Both the position numbers and the translations under genes were made by a program. A model generated the notes under the pieces. The model did no database searches and was not told the origin of the DNA. It saw only the letters and a list, made by a program, of their open reading frames with translations. From Haliotis cracherodii (taxonomy: Eukaryota), in NCBI RefSeq assembly GCF_022045235.1, contig NW_027266270.1, forward strand, positions 11,842,001-11,906,000: 64,000 nt of DNA, in the 5' to 3' direction. How positions within the stretch are numbered: the stretch's first letter is position 1; each line of letters begins with the position of its first letter. This document shows, in pieces, positions 36,586-49,460 of the stretch.

Positions 36586-38640
36586 TATGTTGCATGTAGC
36601 GTGCTCTTGTGCTATTGTAACCAAGATGTCATCACAATGGTTGCTTGAAGTGTGCTCTTGTACTATTGTAACCAAGATGTCATCACAATGTTGCTTGAAG
36701 TGTGCTCTTGTGCTGTTGTAACCAAGCTGTCATCACAATGTTGCATGCAGTGGGCTCTTGTACTATTGTAACCAAGGTGTCATCACAATGTTGCTTGAAG
36801 TGTGTTCTTGTACTATTGTAACCAAGATGTCATCACAATGTTGCATGCAGTGGGCTCTTGTGCTATTGTAACCAAGGTGTCATCACAATGTTGCTTGAAG
36901 TGTGTTCTTGTACTATTGTAACCAAGGTGTCATCACAATGTTGCATGCAGTGGGCTCTTGTACTATTGTAACCAAGGTGTCATCACAATGTTGCTTGAAG
37001 TGTGTTCTTGTACTATTGTAACCAAGGTGTCATCACAATGTTGCTTGAAGTGTGTTCTTGTACTATTGTAACCAAGGTGTCATCACAATGTTGCTTGAAG
37101 TGTGTTCTTGTACTATTGTAACAAAGATGTCATCACAATGTTGCATGCAGTGGGCTCTTGTACTATTGTAACCAAGGTGTCATCACAATGTTGCTTGAAG
37201 TGTGTTCTTGTACTATTGTAACCAAGGTGTCATCACAATGTTGCTTGAAGTGTGCTCTTGTGCTATTGTAACAAAGATGTCATCACAATGTTGCTTGAAG
37301 TGTACTCTTGTTCTATTGAAACCATGATGTCATCACAATGTTGCTTGAAGTTTGCTCTTGTACTATTGAAACCATGATGTCATCACAATGTTGCTTGAAG
37401 TTTGCTCTTGTACTATTGAAACCATGATGTCATCACAATGTTGCTTGAAGTGTGCTCTTGTACTATTGAAACCATGATGCCATCACAATGTTGCTTGAAG
37501 TGTGCTCTTGTACTATTGTAACCAAGGTGTCATCACAATGTTGCTTGAAGTGTGCTCTTGTACTATTGTAACCAAGATGTCATCACAATGTTGCTTGAAG
37601 TGTGCTCTTGTACTATTGAAACCAAGATGTCATCACAATGTTGCTTGAAGTGTGCTCTTGTACTATAGAAACCAAGATGTGATCACAATGTTGCTTGAAG
37701 TGTGCTCTTGTGCTATAGAAACCGAGATGTCATCACAATGTTGCTTGAAGTGTGCTCTTGTGCTATTGTAACCAAGATGTCATCGCAATGTTGCTTGAAG
37801 TGTGCTCTTGTACTATTGAAACCATGATGTCATCACAATGTTCAATGTAGTGTGCTCTTGTGCTATTGTAACCAAGATGTCATCACAATGTTGCTTGAAG
37901 TGTGCTCTTGTACTATTGAAACCAAGATGTCATCAGAATGTTGCTTGAAGTGTGCTCTTGTACTATTGTAACCAAGATGTCATCACAATGTTGCTTGAAG
38001 TGTGTTCTTGTACTATTGTAACCAAGATGTCATCACAATGTTGCTTGAAGTGTGTTCTTGTACTATTGTAACGAAGATGTCATCACAATGTTGCTTGAAG
38101 TGTGTTCTTGTACTATTGTAACCAAGATGTCATCACAATGTTGCTTGAAGTGTGTTCTTGTACTATTGTAACCAAGATGTCATCACAATGTTGCTTGAAG
38201 TGTGCTCTTGTACTATTGAAACCAAGATGTCATCACGATGTTGCTGGTAGCATGCTCTTGTACTATTGTAACCAAGATGTCATCACGATGTTGCTTGAAG
38301 TGTGCTCTTGTGCTATTGTAACCAAGATGTCATCACAATGTTGCATGTAGTGTGCTCTTGTACTGTTGTTTATTGGTTGGTTAACACCGCATTCAGCAAT
38401 ATTCAAGCTGTATGACGGCAGTCTCTAAATTATCAAGTCTGGACCATACAATCCAGTGCTTAAGCAATCATGAACATCGATCTACGCAATTGGGATACGA
38501 TGACATGCATCAACCAAGTCAGCGAGTCCGACCACCTAATCCTGTTGTACTATTGTAACCAAGCTGCCATCACAATGTAACAATTACAATGTTGCATGTA
38601 GTGTGCGCTCGTACTAGTCTAACAATGCTGCCATCACAAT
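36586..38640. repeat. Satellite, 50-bp unit TGTGCTCTTGTACTATTGTAACCAAGATGTCATCACAATGTTGCTTGAAG (~35 copies)
   Basis: Exact 50-bp period with no indels through most of the array; the last units are interrupted by a D element. Confidence 0.97.
38370..38544 (-). mobile_element. 5'-truncated family D element inserted in the 50-bp satellite
   Basis: TSD TTGTACT(G/A)TTGT at 38358-38369 and 38545-38556, which is a piece of the satellite unit. Confidence 0.85.
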
Positions 38641-39349
38641 GTGGCAATCACAGGGTCTAGTACAATGGTAACAGAGTTGTCATTGAGATGCAGTAATTAC
38701 GTGCCGTTACAATGTTGGGACAAATATGTCACTTGTTCCATTGGAACATGACGGAGTGTCAACATGGGAAAGTACAATGCCATGCAGTTGGCCAGAAGCC
38801 ACTTAAGGTCATCAGGATCCATCGGTGTCAAGCAGACTTGTTGGCTTCATGAACAACACTTTGCTTGCATCTGTCGAAAACATTCTTCCAATAAAAAGGT
38901 ACCTTATCCGTGGGGGCCCAGATACTAGTGAAACTATTTTCAATAATTCTAACTGAGCATAGTATTTGCTTCAACTGGACTGGCTAGTTTCTTTAATTTT
39001 CATTGTTTGTGATGGCGTTCATGGCAACATGACGTCATTGAATGCACGGATGACATTTAGGGAATATTACGTTACATCTTTCCACCAAAAGACAAACTGA
39101 GCTTATGTCTCGATTTGGTATCAGGAAACCCACATTTTTCTACATTTTCTCAGAAAAATAGACTATCGGTAACATTAAACAACCCACATTTAAACTTTGG
39201 GAATCATGAATTATCTGTCCCTGCTGATTTAATGTTGAAAAATTAATTCACTCTGGACAGATAACCTACAATTCCTCATAGCCTATTCCCCAAATAGAAT
39301 CCTTAAATTTTCCTTCTATTTATGCCTTCCTGGAAGCTTTTCTCTACAC

Positions 39350-39490
39350 CAAGGGCAGATCTAGCATTTTTAAAAAGGAGGAGTTCAAAATATCAAAATC
39401 TTTTCTCAGATAATTTTACTGCATGAGACATACATTTGGTTTTCAAAGAGTGGGGGTCTAGACCCCCTGGATCCCCTTGATCCCCTTATG
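39350..39490. mobile_element. Degenerate non-autonomous DNA transposon (CAGGGGCGGATCCAG...GGATCCGCCCCTG type)
   Basis: CAAGGGCAGATCTAGCATTTTTAAAAAGG...GGGGGTCTAGACCCCCTGGATCCCCTTGATCCCC resembles a common marine-invertebrate MITE layout (recalled). Confidence 0.4.
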
Positions 39491-39630
39491 TACACAATAT
39501 CAACATGTTCTCGTTCACTCCACAGAAATACTGATTCATTGCACAAAGAGTATTATTGCTCATGGTCCAGGCATACTCTACCTCATCACCATGCCTACAA
39601 CATCCATCACATGCTCACACATCGAAACTT

Positions 39631-39670
39631 TAAAAACAAACAAGAATGTGAGCTTGGTGCCTATTTTATT
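39631..39670 (-). terminator. Candidate polyadenylation signal with downstream GU/U-rich element
   Basis: Minus strand: AATAAA (39670-39665), a CA about 15 nt later, then TTCTTGTTTGTTTTTA (39646-39631). Confidence 0.5.
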
Positions 39671-42600
39671 ATTTGTATTATCATACAGACAGTAGTTTCT
39701 AGGTCCTGTTGCATATCTGTGAGATGGTCACATTGATCAGCACAATAACAACATACTATAGTACAGTGGTTTGGGGAAAGGTAGTTATATACCAAACATG
39801 GGCTACCTTCGCTTACAAATTGCTGCTGCACTGCTGCCTCTGATTGACCAATCAGAACGCTGCTGCATGCTACGACTTCGTCTCAAAATGGTTGACGAGT
39901 CATGGTCTATACTACAAAGCAAAAAAGCTTAACAAAAACAGTCTAAAAATAAGGTTGGATAAACTACTCAACCCATCTAAAATTGTCGCAGCTGGTTTTG
40001 CTTGAGAGGTTAAATTGCACCACAAAAGTTCACACGCTTTATGTAGAAATACAAACGACGGACAAACGATTGTATTGCACAATAATCCATTGTTTTGACA
40101 AAAATCAAGGTTCATGACTAGTTGCTGCAGTTGTCTGCGGCTTAATTTAAACTTGATTGGCTAATTCATGTTACATTAAATTCCCTATACATCATAAATG
40201 ATAAATTAGAACTTAGCACACACAGCTTGACAACCAGTACGGTATGAAATTCGTAATGCACCAGTTGAATTGTTTACACACATCACGTAAGGGAGACATT
40301 GCATATATTGCCAAAAAACATCAAATTACATGTCCATATTCAAACTCAAGAAATTAATATCTTAACACCAATTTTGAGCATTTCCAATAAAAAAAAATGT
40401 TGCTCAGTTTTCATAAAAACAATTACGATTAAATGAAAAATATTTTTTTAATTATTTTTTCAGATTGCGGAATGTTTGAATATGTACAAGTTCCGATGTT
40501 TTTTCTTCGTAATGACTCCCTTCTAAATAATCAACACAAAATTGAGAGTCATGTACACTTAAGTAACACTGCTTCCATATGAGTTATACAAACCTATACC
40601 GACATTGCAGAGAAAACCGTCCACTATTTAAATGCTGCCTTATGGTCTACGGTATTAACACTAAGGGGCATGATATGAACGCTGAATGGTAAATTTGGAA
40701 AAAAAGGCCTCATGACATAGTTTCAAATCATATGTGACCTTTGCACAGAAGAGATACAAAAGCTTCAGAATTCTTGATTCAAGAAGTAGCACTTATAGCG
40801 TATAAGTTATGAAATAAATATAACTTTGTTCATCATACGTTTAAAGAAATCTCAGATCTTCACTTAATGAGATTCTAAAGCATCTTCATCTGAACCAACT
40901 TCATAAACCAATTTGATAAAATGTTCTTTTAACAATAAATCAAACATTCATTAACATTAAACATGTTCGTGCCCTATCCACAAAAATATAACAATTTCAC
41001 ATTAAAATATATGAACCCAGAGTAATACCCTATATCATTTAGGACAGGATGATATGGTAAATGGATTTGTCATGGACAAACAATCAGCAAACTAAAGCTG
41101 CTACACATAGCAAATAAATACCACAGGAAGGCGATATGTTTTCTGGCGATGCCAAAGTTTGTCAAGATGGCGCAGTGGACACCCTCACAGATGGAACTCT
41201 GCGGCGAATACTCAAGCACTGTCGAGTCGCACCGCGGCACTGTGCAAGGACCCAGCCATTACGAGTTCCACATGTACGTACACCAGCATCTGGTATGTTC
41301 CCACACTGCCTGGTGTGATGTTCCACCGATATAATGTGTCCTTTTGTCCCCTTTCCATAGTTGCCAGAGCAGGCCCAGTCTCACACAAAACAAACACCGC
41401 TACAGCTAACACAACTCAGACGCAGGCAGGGAGACCCTCTCAACGGGGCATGCCTCCTCGTTGCCATGACAACACAATGGACGCATCCTCGTAAGGACGT
41501 ATCTTATATTTTTCTTGTTGAAAAAAACGTTTTATTACAAAAAATGTTTTTTGTTCATTCATGATAGTATTGGCATCTGAGTGAATTCAGATGGCATCAG
41601 ATCGTCTAACTATCAGATTTCCAGCTATACAAAGGGTCAAACATACATGTTCTCATGAACTACAGAGAGACAATTACATGGAGATTCATACCAATGTACA
41701 CATCTCAATGGTTTCTACTGGTGCAGTTATTAGCTACAGCAGCGGGCTAGAACAGCACGAGACAGTTTATATATTATATATTTATTTATAAATGCATCAA
41801 AACAACCGTACAGAAAACATACACTTAATAGAAACTGAGACGCTTTCTATGTACATATTGGACCCTGAATAGTGGGGTTGAATCGATGAATATGTATATT
41901 TATTGCATGGACCTTGGAAACACCTATCACGTAGTTTCCAGCTGACAAACGATCATGTGACATGGAATAAATAAATAAATAACTTAGTATACAACAAAGA
42001 AATACACCTCGGCCCTCTGGGGATTCAAATTTTCACCGAAACTGGTGCAGATTTTTTTTACATAACTTCAAATACACTGTACATGAAATTAACAATGTTC
42101 TATACTGTTGAGATGATTGCTTCGAGTCTCAGTAAATATATAGGTGGAATGGAAAAAGTCATGGAATGGATTTTATAAGATACATGAGCTTAATTGTTTT
42201 GAACCGATATCATTTTCATTTGCATGAAACTGTCACAAGATTCTTCCTATTGCTTAGAGAGAAAAGAAATGATCTAGATTTAGCACCATGGTGTTATTTT
42301 GTCCCTATTTCGCTTAACACTCGAAGTAACCATCGCTGGACTGAGATTTTTTCGTAATACGCAAACCTTGGTCATGGATTTCATAAAATGTCTATAAAAC
42401 ATAAATGATATATAAGATTCCACTCGCACATTATCATCTTGATCAAAATGACCAAAAAATACTTTGATGATCATAACAATACAATGAGCACAATCTGACA
42501 AATACTGAAAATCAGAACACAATTTCAACAAAATCAACCACAAAAAAAATAACTAAAAAATTAATTTATCATGATTATCTACACTATAAATGTGAAAAAT

Positions 42601-43357
42601 ATTGCACATTATCTGAACCTCCTTGCGATTCCGCAAAAAGTCTTTGTTTCCACAGAGCTCGTTAGACACTAACGAACTATACAATCAGACAGGTAATAGG
42701 GAGGCGCAATGAAATGACTAGTTCAATGGAATGATGAAAATGGGTATAAAACCTCTCTTGGCTCCATACAAATATGAATTGAGATATGATATGTCTCCGA
42801 ATGACCTATACGTCGCAATATGTATCAACTCCATGGGCATAATAACTGATTTGTCATCCAAAACAACTTGCAAACGATAATAGTAAAGCGATTGGTAAAT
42901 AGATTAGCAATAGCCAAAACAAAATATGAAGCACACAGGATGGATCTTCAGTGGTAATAATGTGTATGGTCTTGGACCATGTCTTTTTTTTAAATCAGAG
43001 GTTAAAACCAGATACCTTTCGGTATATGATAAATAAATAAATATAAAAATTTGGCTAGGACTTAGAGTCTGCAATACCTGATTTGTTAAGAGAAACAATA
43101 ATTTAAATTAAGGTCAATATTAAATTAAATAATTTACATAATCAACAGCTGATGGAATGTTGAAAACGAAGCAAAAATACAACTTAAATAGCAATAACAA
43201 ACTAAACATGTCGGTTGGTCTTTGGATTGCATCGAGCATGGCTATAGGACAACGACAATGACACTTCTGAGGTCATGATGACGAGAAAAGTAGTCCCGGC
43301 TCTGATGTATGAATCTATGAGAGCGAGCAAGGAGATCCACAATTGTGACATACATGG
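39650..43357 (-). other. Probable long 3' UTR of ONECUT
   Basis: Lies downstream of the TAA stop, is free of SINEs and satellites, and is T-rich on the minus strand. Best poly(A) signal is AATAAA at 39665-39670 (minus). Other AATAAA hexamers at 41531, 41781 and 41899 could give shorter forms. Confidence 0.5.
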
Positions 43358-43647
43358 TTAACTCTTCGTACACGAACTCGCACTTTCACGGTTGTTGTTC
43401 CCGTTATCGTCTTGCCACTTATCCAAAGACCTGCGTCGGGCATTCATGAAGAAGTTGGCTACTGTGCTCACTTCAAGTCCAAGTTGCTGTGCAATAGTAG
43501 CTTGCATCTCCTTCGACGGACGTTTTGTTTCCTTAAATATTGCATGAAGCGTACGGCGTTGAATATCTGTGAACACCAGTCGAGGTTTTTTTGGAGGTCG
43601 ATTTTCCTCTGGGGGCTTTTCTTGCTCTGCCTCTTTCCTCTTGCATG
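43358..43647 (-). CDS. ONECUT: ONECUT/HNF6 homeobox transcription factor, terminal coding exon (linker end + homeodomain + C-terminus)
   Basis: Minus-strand acceptor ttttcttccag|CA TGC AAG at 43648-43650. Phase-1 translation: (A)CKRKEAEQEKPPEENRPPKKPRLVFTDIQRRTLHAIFKETKRPSKEMQATIAQQLGLEVSTVANFFMNARRRSLDKWQDDNGNNNRESASSCTKS*. FFMN (F48/M50) is diagnostic of ONECUT homeodomains. ACKRKE, KKPRLVFTD, RRSLDKW and the C-terminal CTK match vertebrate ONECUT1 as recalled. The ORF-track start at 43576 is not a real start. Confidence 0.97.
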
Positions 43648-45227
43648 CTGGAAGAAAATTTCCAAAATCATAATTAGAGAAATCCTCACTAATATGAAAA
43701 TAAGAAATGACATTTGGGAAGAAATTAGATGCATCAATAAATGAACAGATACATATTTTTCAAGTCTAGAATAAAGATCAAGGGAGATAACCAAGGTAGG
43801 GGAAAATTCATATAATTATTAGCTCAGAATGGCTTTGGATTTAAGAACAAAATTTATTCGTCATTTTTCAAATGAAATATACCCTCACTATGGTACCTGC
43901 CTAGACTATATTTAATCCTGAGTGATTATTTCTCTATTAATTAGTTTATCAGAAGACATCTATTTTATAAGAGGCCACTTAATTACACAGTACCTCGAGC
44001 ATGGAAAGGCTTCGTCTTTGCAAGTCCACCTTTCCATGACTGAAAATATAACAGGCTGAGAATAGCCTTAACAGTTCCAATAATCAGATATTGGGTATCA
44101 TATCTTACTAAAAATGTCACATTCAATATTTTCTATAGTCATGTTTCTTTCTCCCTTTGGTGCTACAAGGCAAGCTGCTTCATGGAATACTGTTACTTTG
44201 CCAGAGTTACCTCCCTTTTGTGACTGCACTTTGTTAGTTAGCTCCACCGTTTCTAGGATACAGCTACGATTTATAGCCACAGAAATTACAGAGGGAAGTC
44301 TATCACCAATGAAATACACTTTATGAATAATGACGACCAGGTGTTAATTCTCAGTAAGGAAGATAAAACATGTCATATCAACTTTATTTCCATAACAAAA
44401 CATGACAGCATTAGCAGGAAAACTGATATTTTGTTTATAAACAGTTAGGATTGAATTTTTCAAAATGTTAAAAAATATTTCTGTGATCAGCATATTCAAT
44501 CCTTTGGGAAGAATGGAGTGACATTTTCATTTTCTTATGAGAAATTGCATGAATCTTTCTAAGAAATGCATAAAAGTTGGCGGGATCAGCGTCATGGTAA
44601 TGAGACTGTTATTTCCTAGCGTTGTGGTAACTGTAACCAGCTGTTACATAGTGCTAAACCCTCACATCCTTCTATCCTGGTGCTGCTGTCACATGGTCAA
44701 ATCATGACACTTACATTTCCATGGAAACAGGAACCCATACTTAGTTACAAATTACTCTTTAAACATAGCCTCTGTCATAGTATCAATGTCATGATGAAAC
44801 TGCTTAAAATCTATGTTTTTGTAAATCAATTACACATTTGTTAAGAAACTCAATATATTTTAGATGCTACTACTATGATAATGTCAATCTAACTTATCTG
44901 GTTACCTTATTTTTATGTCTAGTCAGGTATGCTAGAAATGACTTATTATGAGACATTGAGCTTATTGACCAAAACAATTCTAAGATGCATGCAAAATAGG
45001 AGGCAAAAGCGTGAAAACGCGGCACTTCAGCAAAAAATCAAGAACAGAAATCAAAAACAAAGTGCAGCTTCAATTAATCATCTAAAAACTTCACAGAATT
45101 CACAAACTCCAAGTTAGCTTTGCACCAGTGAGAATAAATACCATCATGCACAAAATTTGAGATGTTTTCAGGGTGGGTAGCAGGTAACAGCAGTTGCAGT
45201 GGCTGTTCCGGGGACCTCCCTACTCAC

Positions 45228-45305
45228 CTTGCGAGAAGCGTGGCTGCTGGCCAGGACCTTGGCCGGGGTAAGTTTGGGTGTGATAGGGCTGTGAGGAGGC
45301 TGTAC
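45228..45305 (-). CDS. ONECUT: Candidate 78-bp cassette exon of ONECUT encoding a 26-aa CUT-homeodomain linker insert (GTASSQPYHTQTYPGQGPGQQPRFSQ)
   Basis: Minus strand reads cctcctctatttcaacag|GTACAGCC...CTCGCAAG|gtgagta: a polypyrimidine-CAG acceptor and a consensus donor. Length is 78 = 26 codons, open in the phase 1-1 frame required by the downstream exon, and GC-rich relative to its flanks. Confidence 0.7.
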
Positions 45306-48300
45306 CTGTTGAAATAGAGGAGGACGTGTCTAAGAGCTCACTCCCAATGAGGTGGGTGGTTAAGGGAAGGACTTGCTCACCATTTCTTGGCTCATAATGT
45401 CCCTTCCATTTTCCCCCCCAGTGTTGGAATTAAACCTTCTTTTGCTATATTTCATTTCCAGTATTGGAATTCAAACTTTCAAACCATGTATTTAAATTTT
45501 GATATTACACATCCATGAAAATCAGGACGGTGATGTAATGATGAATCATGTCAGTTGGACTGATTTCAGTTCGGTGAAAAAGATCATAGGTATTACTACA
45601 GATGAAAACAGCCCTATACAACTGAGGAATGCGGTAACTGATTGCACTGAGACCAAGGAAAGATGAGCAGGCTATGTAATAAGCACACAAGCCAATAGGG
45701 GCACGATGCATGGCACCACATGAGGAACCCAAGGTGGATCACAATGTCAGTCTGGAATCAATTTTCTTAACTAAACACATTTTCCATTGCAGTTTTTTCC
45801 ACACTGTTACCTGTTTATCATAAATGGGATAGTCATCAACGCAAAATAGTGATCAGCAAATCATGAAATAAATGCATTAAATCAATATCGCAAAATATCT
45901 ATTGAACATAAAATGTGCGATAAATCAAAATTCAAAACTCTAACAATTGGAGCAGTCAAAATGATCTCTGTGCTGAAAACATAAGCATGTTTGCTAATTA
46001 CCCTGTATGTATCATGCATGTTGATGAAGATGAAGATACAGATGAAGATGAAGATGAAGGAAGGAGGAAGGAAGACGTGAGTCTTGTTAGATACAGCTTC
46101 ATAAATACACAACTAATCACCATCACAAGTATCATGCAACTGACCACAAAGTGACATCAACGAAATGAAAACGTCATGTACAACATCCGCTTTTGATCTG
46201 CCAATATTGATAAATGGGAACATTGCGATTTGGGCAAACCATGCTACATGAATCTTGTCAAAGTCGTAAAAGTATTACTCAATTTTCCTTGTTTTTCAGC
46301 AGGAAAATAAACACTGTCTATTGTTTGACCGGGCACTTAATAACATGTAGCCTTACCTAGCAACGTCAACTCTCATGGAATTTTCTCACCGTTGGCGGAC
46401 TTTAAACTCATCTTCGTACATTTATGACAGGGTTGCCCTCGTGGGTCAAAGCCTGCATTATTAATCAACTGCCTTATTTATAATGAAATAACTAGTATGT
46501 CACTTAAGCTTACAAAACACTGTCATTCCCTTATCTTCATGCATTGAAAAAATCTTAATAAATGGGAAATTATTACATCTTCGACCTTTTTTTTGTCCAT
46601 ATTTATCTGGTCTGGATCATGAATATACCATGGAAGTTCATTTAATCAGAAAAGTTGTATCTGCATGGCCAGTTGAATTTTTTAGTGCAATGTAAAGTGT
46701 TCATTTATCTAAGAGCAAGAATAAAAAATAAGACGAGATTGTATCAACAAGGATGGTCATGGCATTCTAAAAATGGGCAATACCCAGGATAACAAATCAC
46801 TTGTAGATAGCTTCCATTTAAACGTAAGTATGTGTGAGTCAATGTTTACAACTCTGTGTATATTTAGCCTAACAATTACATTTTGTCTGATCCTTGAAAA
46901 GAATTTCAAAGTACAATGCGTTATTCATCAACACTGTGTCAGTGACACTGTCCAATTGATGCAATATCATGGTGTGATCTCATTGCAAGAAGTGTCTTGA
47001 TAAACCAGGACTTAGCCATCTAACCCTACCACCCACAGCTCCGACTTAAACCAAACCATCAAAGTGTCTCAAATCTAAAATCAAAGCCATCTAGACAGAC
47101 TGGGAGACAAATAGACCACAAAGTTATCTGTCATGTTTCTCGTCCTGCTCCTAGGACGAGAGCTTCGGTCGCTAGGACATGTTCCAACAACGAAGGATGC
47201 CATGTCATCCTGGTAACGCCGGCATCTTCTGCCATGAATTCATAACCATAGAAAGTTTTGCTATGAAATTGAGAAAATGTGCCGTGTGGGCCTAACTAAT
47301 TAATGTTGGCAATGTGAGAGCAAATAGCCACACCTGTTTAGAAGGACATAAAATTGTCATGTTCCTGATCTTTGTGTCGAGGAGAGTGAGAAAACATCTG
47401 TAGCTGTGTGGGAAGTAGTATCTAGTTCCTTGTGAATGACATATACCACGGCCTTTCTCACACTGTTTACATTAAGTATCATTAAGATAAACACACTTAG
47501 ACCCCATTGTACAGATATCTATCGCCACATGTTTACCGTCTGGCCTAAAAAAACGTAATAACTGCTACAAACTCCTATTGAAATTGTTGCCCGAAAATAC
47601 TGGTTTGATAATAGCCTTGATGATATTTTTTCGATGAAACTTTCAAACAATCATTAGCTCTGAAGATAATACACACAGACTAATCTCCAATGCATCAGCA
47701 GAAGCTTGACAAATTCGCAGGAGTAATGTGATAAAATCTGGTGTTTTATTGATGGCAAACGCTGTGTTCCATTTACAACAAGGCATCACCAAACAGGCGA
47801 GGAGACAGCAATTGCAGGCCTAACTCAAACCGAAATAAATGGTCCACCCGTGTGCAAGGTTAAAAGAAAGCGATATATTGAAGTAAATAATTCACGCTTG
47901 GACAAAGAGACCAGATAGCAATGCACTACACAGTAATTGCATTGGGTCGTGGAGACAATAAAATAATATTCCTATTCAAACAGCCCTGTTAACGATATGC
48001 CTAGTCAGGTCTGTCTCTTGTAATTACATGAAAGAGGGGAAATCTTGGAAGGATGAACAAAATGGAGATGGGGGGAAAAAGTGGGCATTTTGTACGAGGT
48101 TAACGTAAGCTTGGCTATTAGCTGACGAGCTCCTGGCGAAATTGTACGGATCAAGTCCCGGTCACTCTGGTTAAATTTAACGTTGATTTTTTTCACTTCA
48201 TTTCCTCGAGACAAAAACAGGTTCTCTGGGCTCTTACAAGCAACGACAAGCTCTTTTAATGAAGCAAGTTCCTTCAGTGCGCACACACAGCTGTCAGTCC

Positions 48301-49460
48301 TGAATGGACCGTTGTCATGGTAACAATTTCTGAAAGAAGCTCAACGGTAGGCAACATGGCTGCTCCCAGGAAGGCGAAACAATACTGGCCTTGACGGAAC
48401 ATGCAAAAATTGCCTCTTAAATGATGACATTTCAACCAGTTATGACAGATTCCATGGAAAATAACCCACGTTATCATCATTGATGTAAAGTGCCTTTTTT
48501 CTAATGGAAAAGAATTTTAAAAATTGGTATAAAAGACGTTTTTCAATAGCACAACTGGGAATTTCAAATTCATTATGACATCCCTAAACAAAACTGGGAA
48601 GACGAAGAATGACTTAATCATCTTAACAAGTCGGAGCTACAAGCAAAACGTGTCTTCTGGCACCCTCCCTACCCACTATTTTTAAAACAATTCTCCATGG
48701 AAGCATCTTAAACAGAAATTGCCTTCTCAATATAGATTAACGGAACATTTTATGCCATTTCATTAAAAAGGCTAATGTTCAATACCAAGCTTTCACAAAA
48801 GTAATGTCAATCACAAAATGAAATAAATTTCAAAGCTCTCTCAATAGAAGCTTAATTGATGTCTAGTCAGATGCAGGCAAGAAACAATAGTGAGTATTTT
48901 TACGGGAAATTGAGGACGACATGTTATTGTGCAGCACATGTCTATCTGTCCAACCAAATAAACAAGAAGGCACTTGGCATTACAAGTCTCAACAGCTGAC
49001 TTATCATTCCAGTGATAATCTCCATATGGACAAGACATATTTGCATCTCTCACGCTGTTTCCATTTCATCAACAGACAATAACCTCATGCCTGCAAAAAC
49101 TGAATACATGCCTGACATTCATGAGCACTTTTAGACCACGCGACTGCTATTTCCCTACCAGAATATTGAAAAAAAACATTGAAAAGATTTATTGGAAGTT
49201 ATGAAAATAGCCTTGTAATCATATCAGCGTAATTATATACACAGCGACCCATCTGTTTCTGATGAAATAAATCAACACACTTACCATTATAAACCTGTCA
49301 CAGACGAAGGTAACAAATGGTTAGTATGCTCAATTTCATTATGCCTTCATGGGAGCTTTTATACATAACATATGCCCTATAGCGACACTTGATTCTGGCA
49401 CACTTCGTTTTTCTCAGTTTATTTTATAGTCGCAACATCAATCTTTGGTGCTCTTGTACA

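Noticed and set aside
34096-36648. Very long Cys/Pro/Tyr-rich ORFs (up to 789 aa)
   Set aside because: Translations of an 11-bp satellite whose unit has no plus-strand stop codon; all frames are open and cycle through the same peptide.
41136-41564. Cluster of short ORFs in a GC-richer patch
   Set aside because: No recognisable domain or splice structure; lies within the presumptive 3' UTR.
43412-43794. ORFs 43412-43744 (+) and 43468-43794 (-)
   Set aside because: Antisense and alternative-frame shadows of the ONECUT exon.
48118-48165. Hammerhead-like core CTGACGA-GC-TCCTG-GC-GAAA...GTC
   Set aside because: Stems I and III cannot be formed convincingly in either type I or type III topology.
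49285-49294. Possible ONECUT micro-exon (gacag|GTTTATAATG|gtaagt on the minus strand)
   Set aside because: 10 nt would shift the frame and the acceptor is weak; no support without RNA data.
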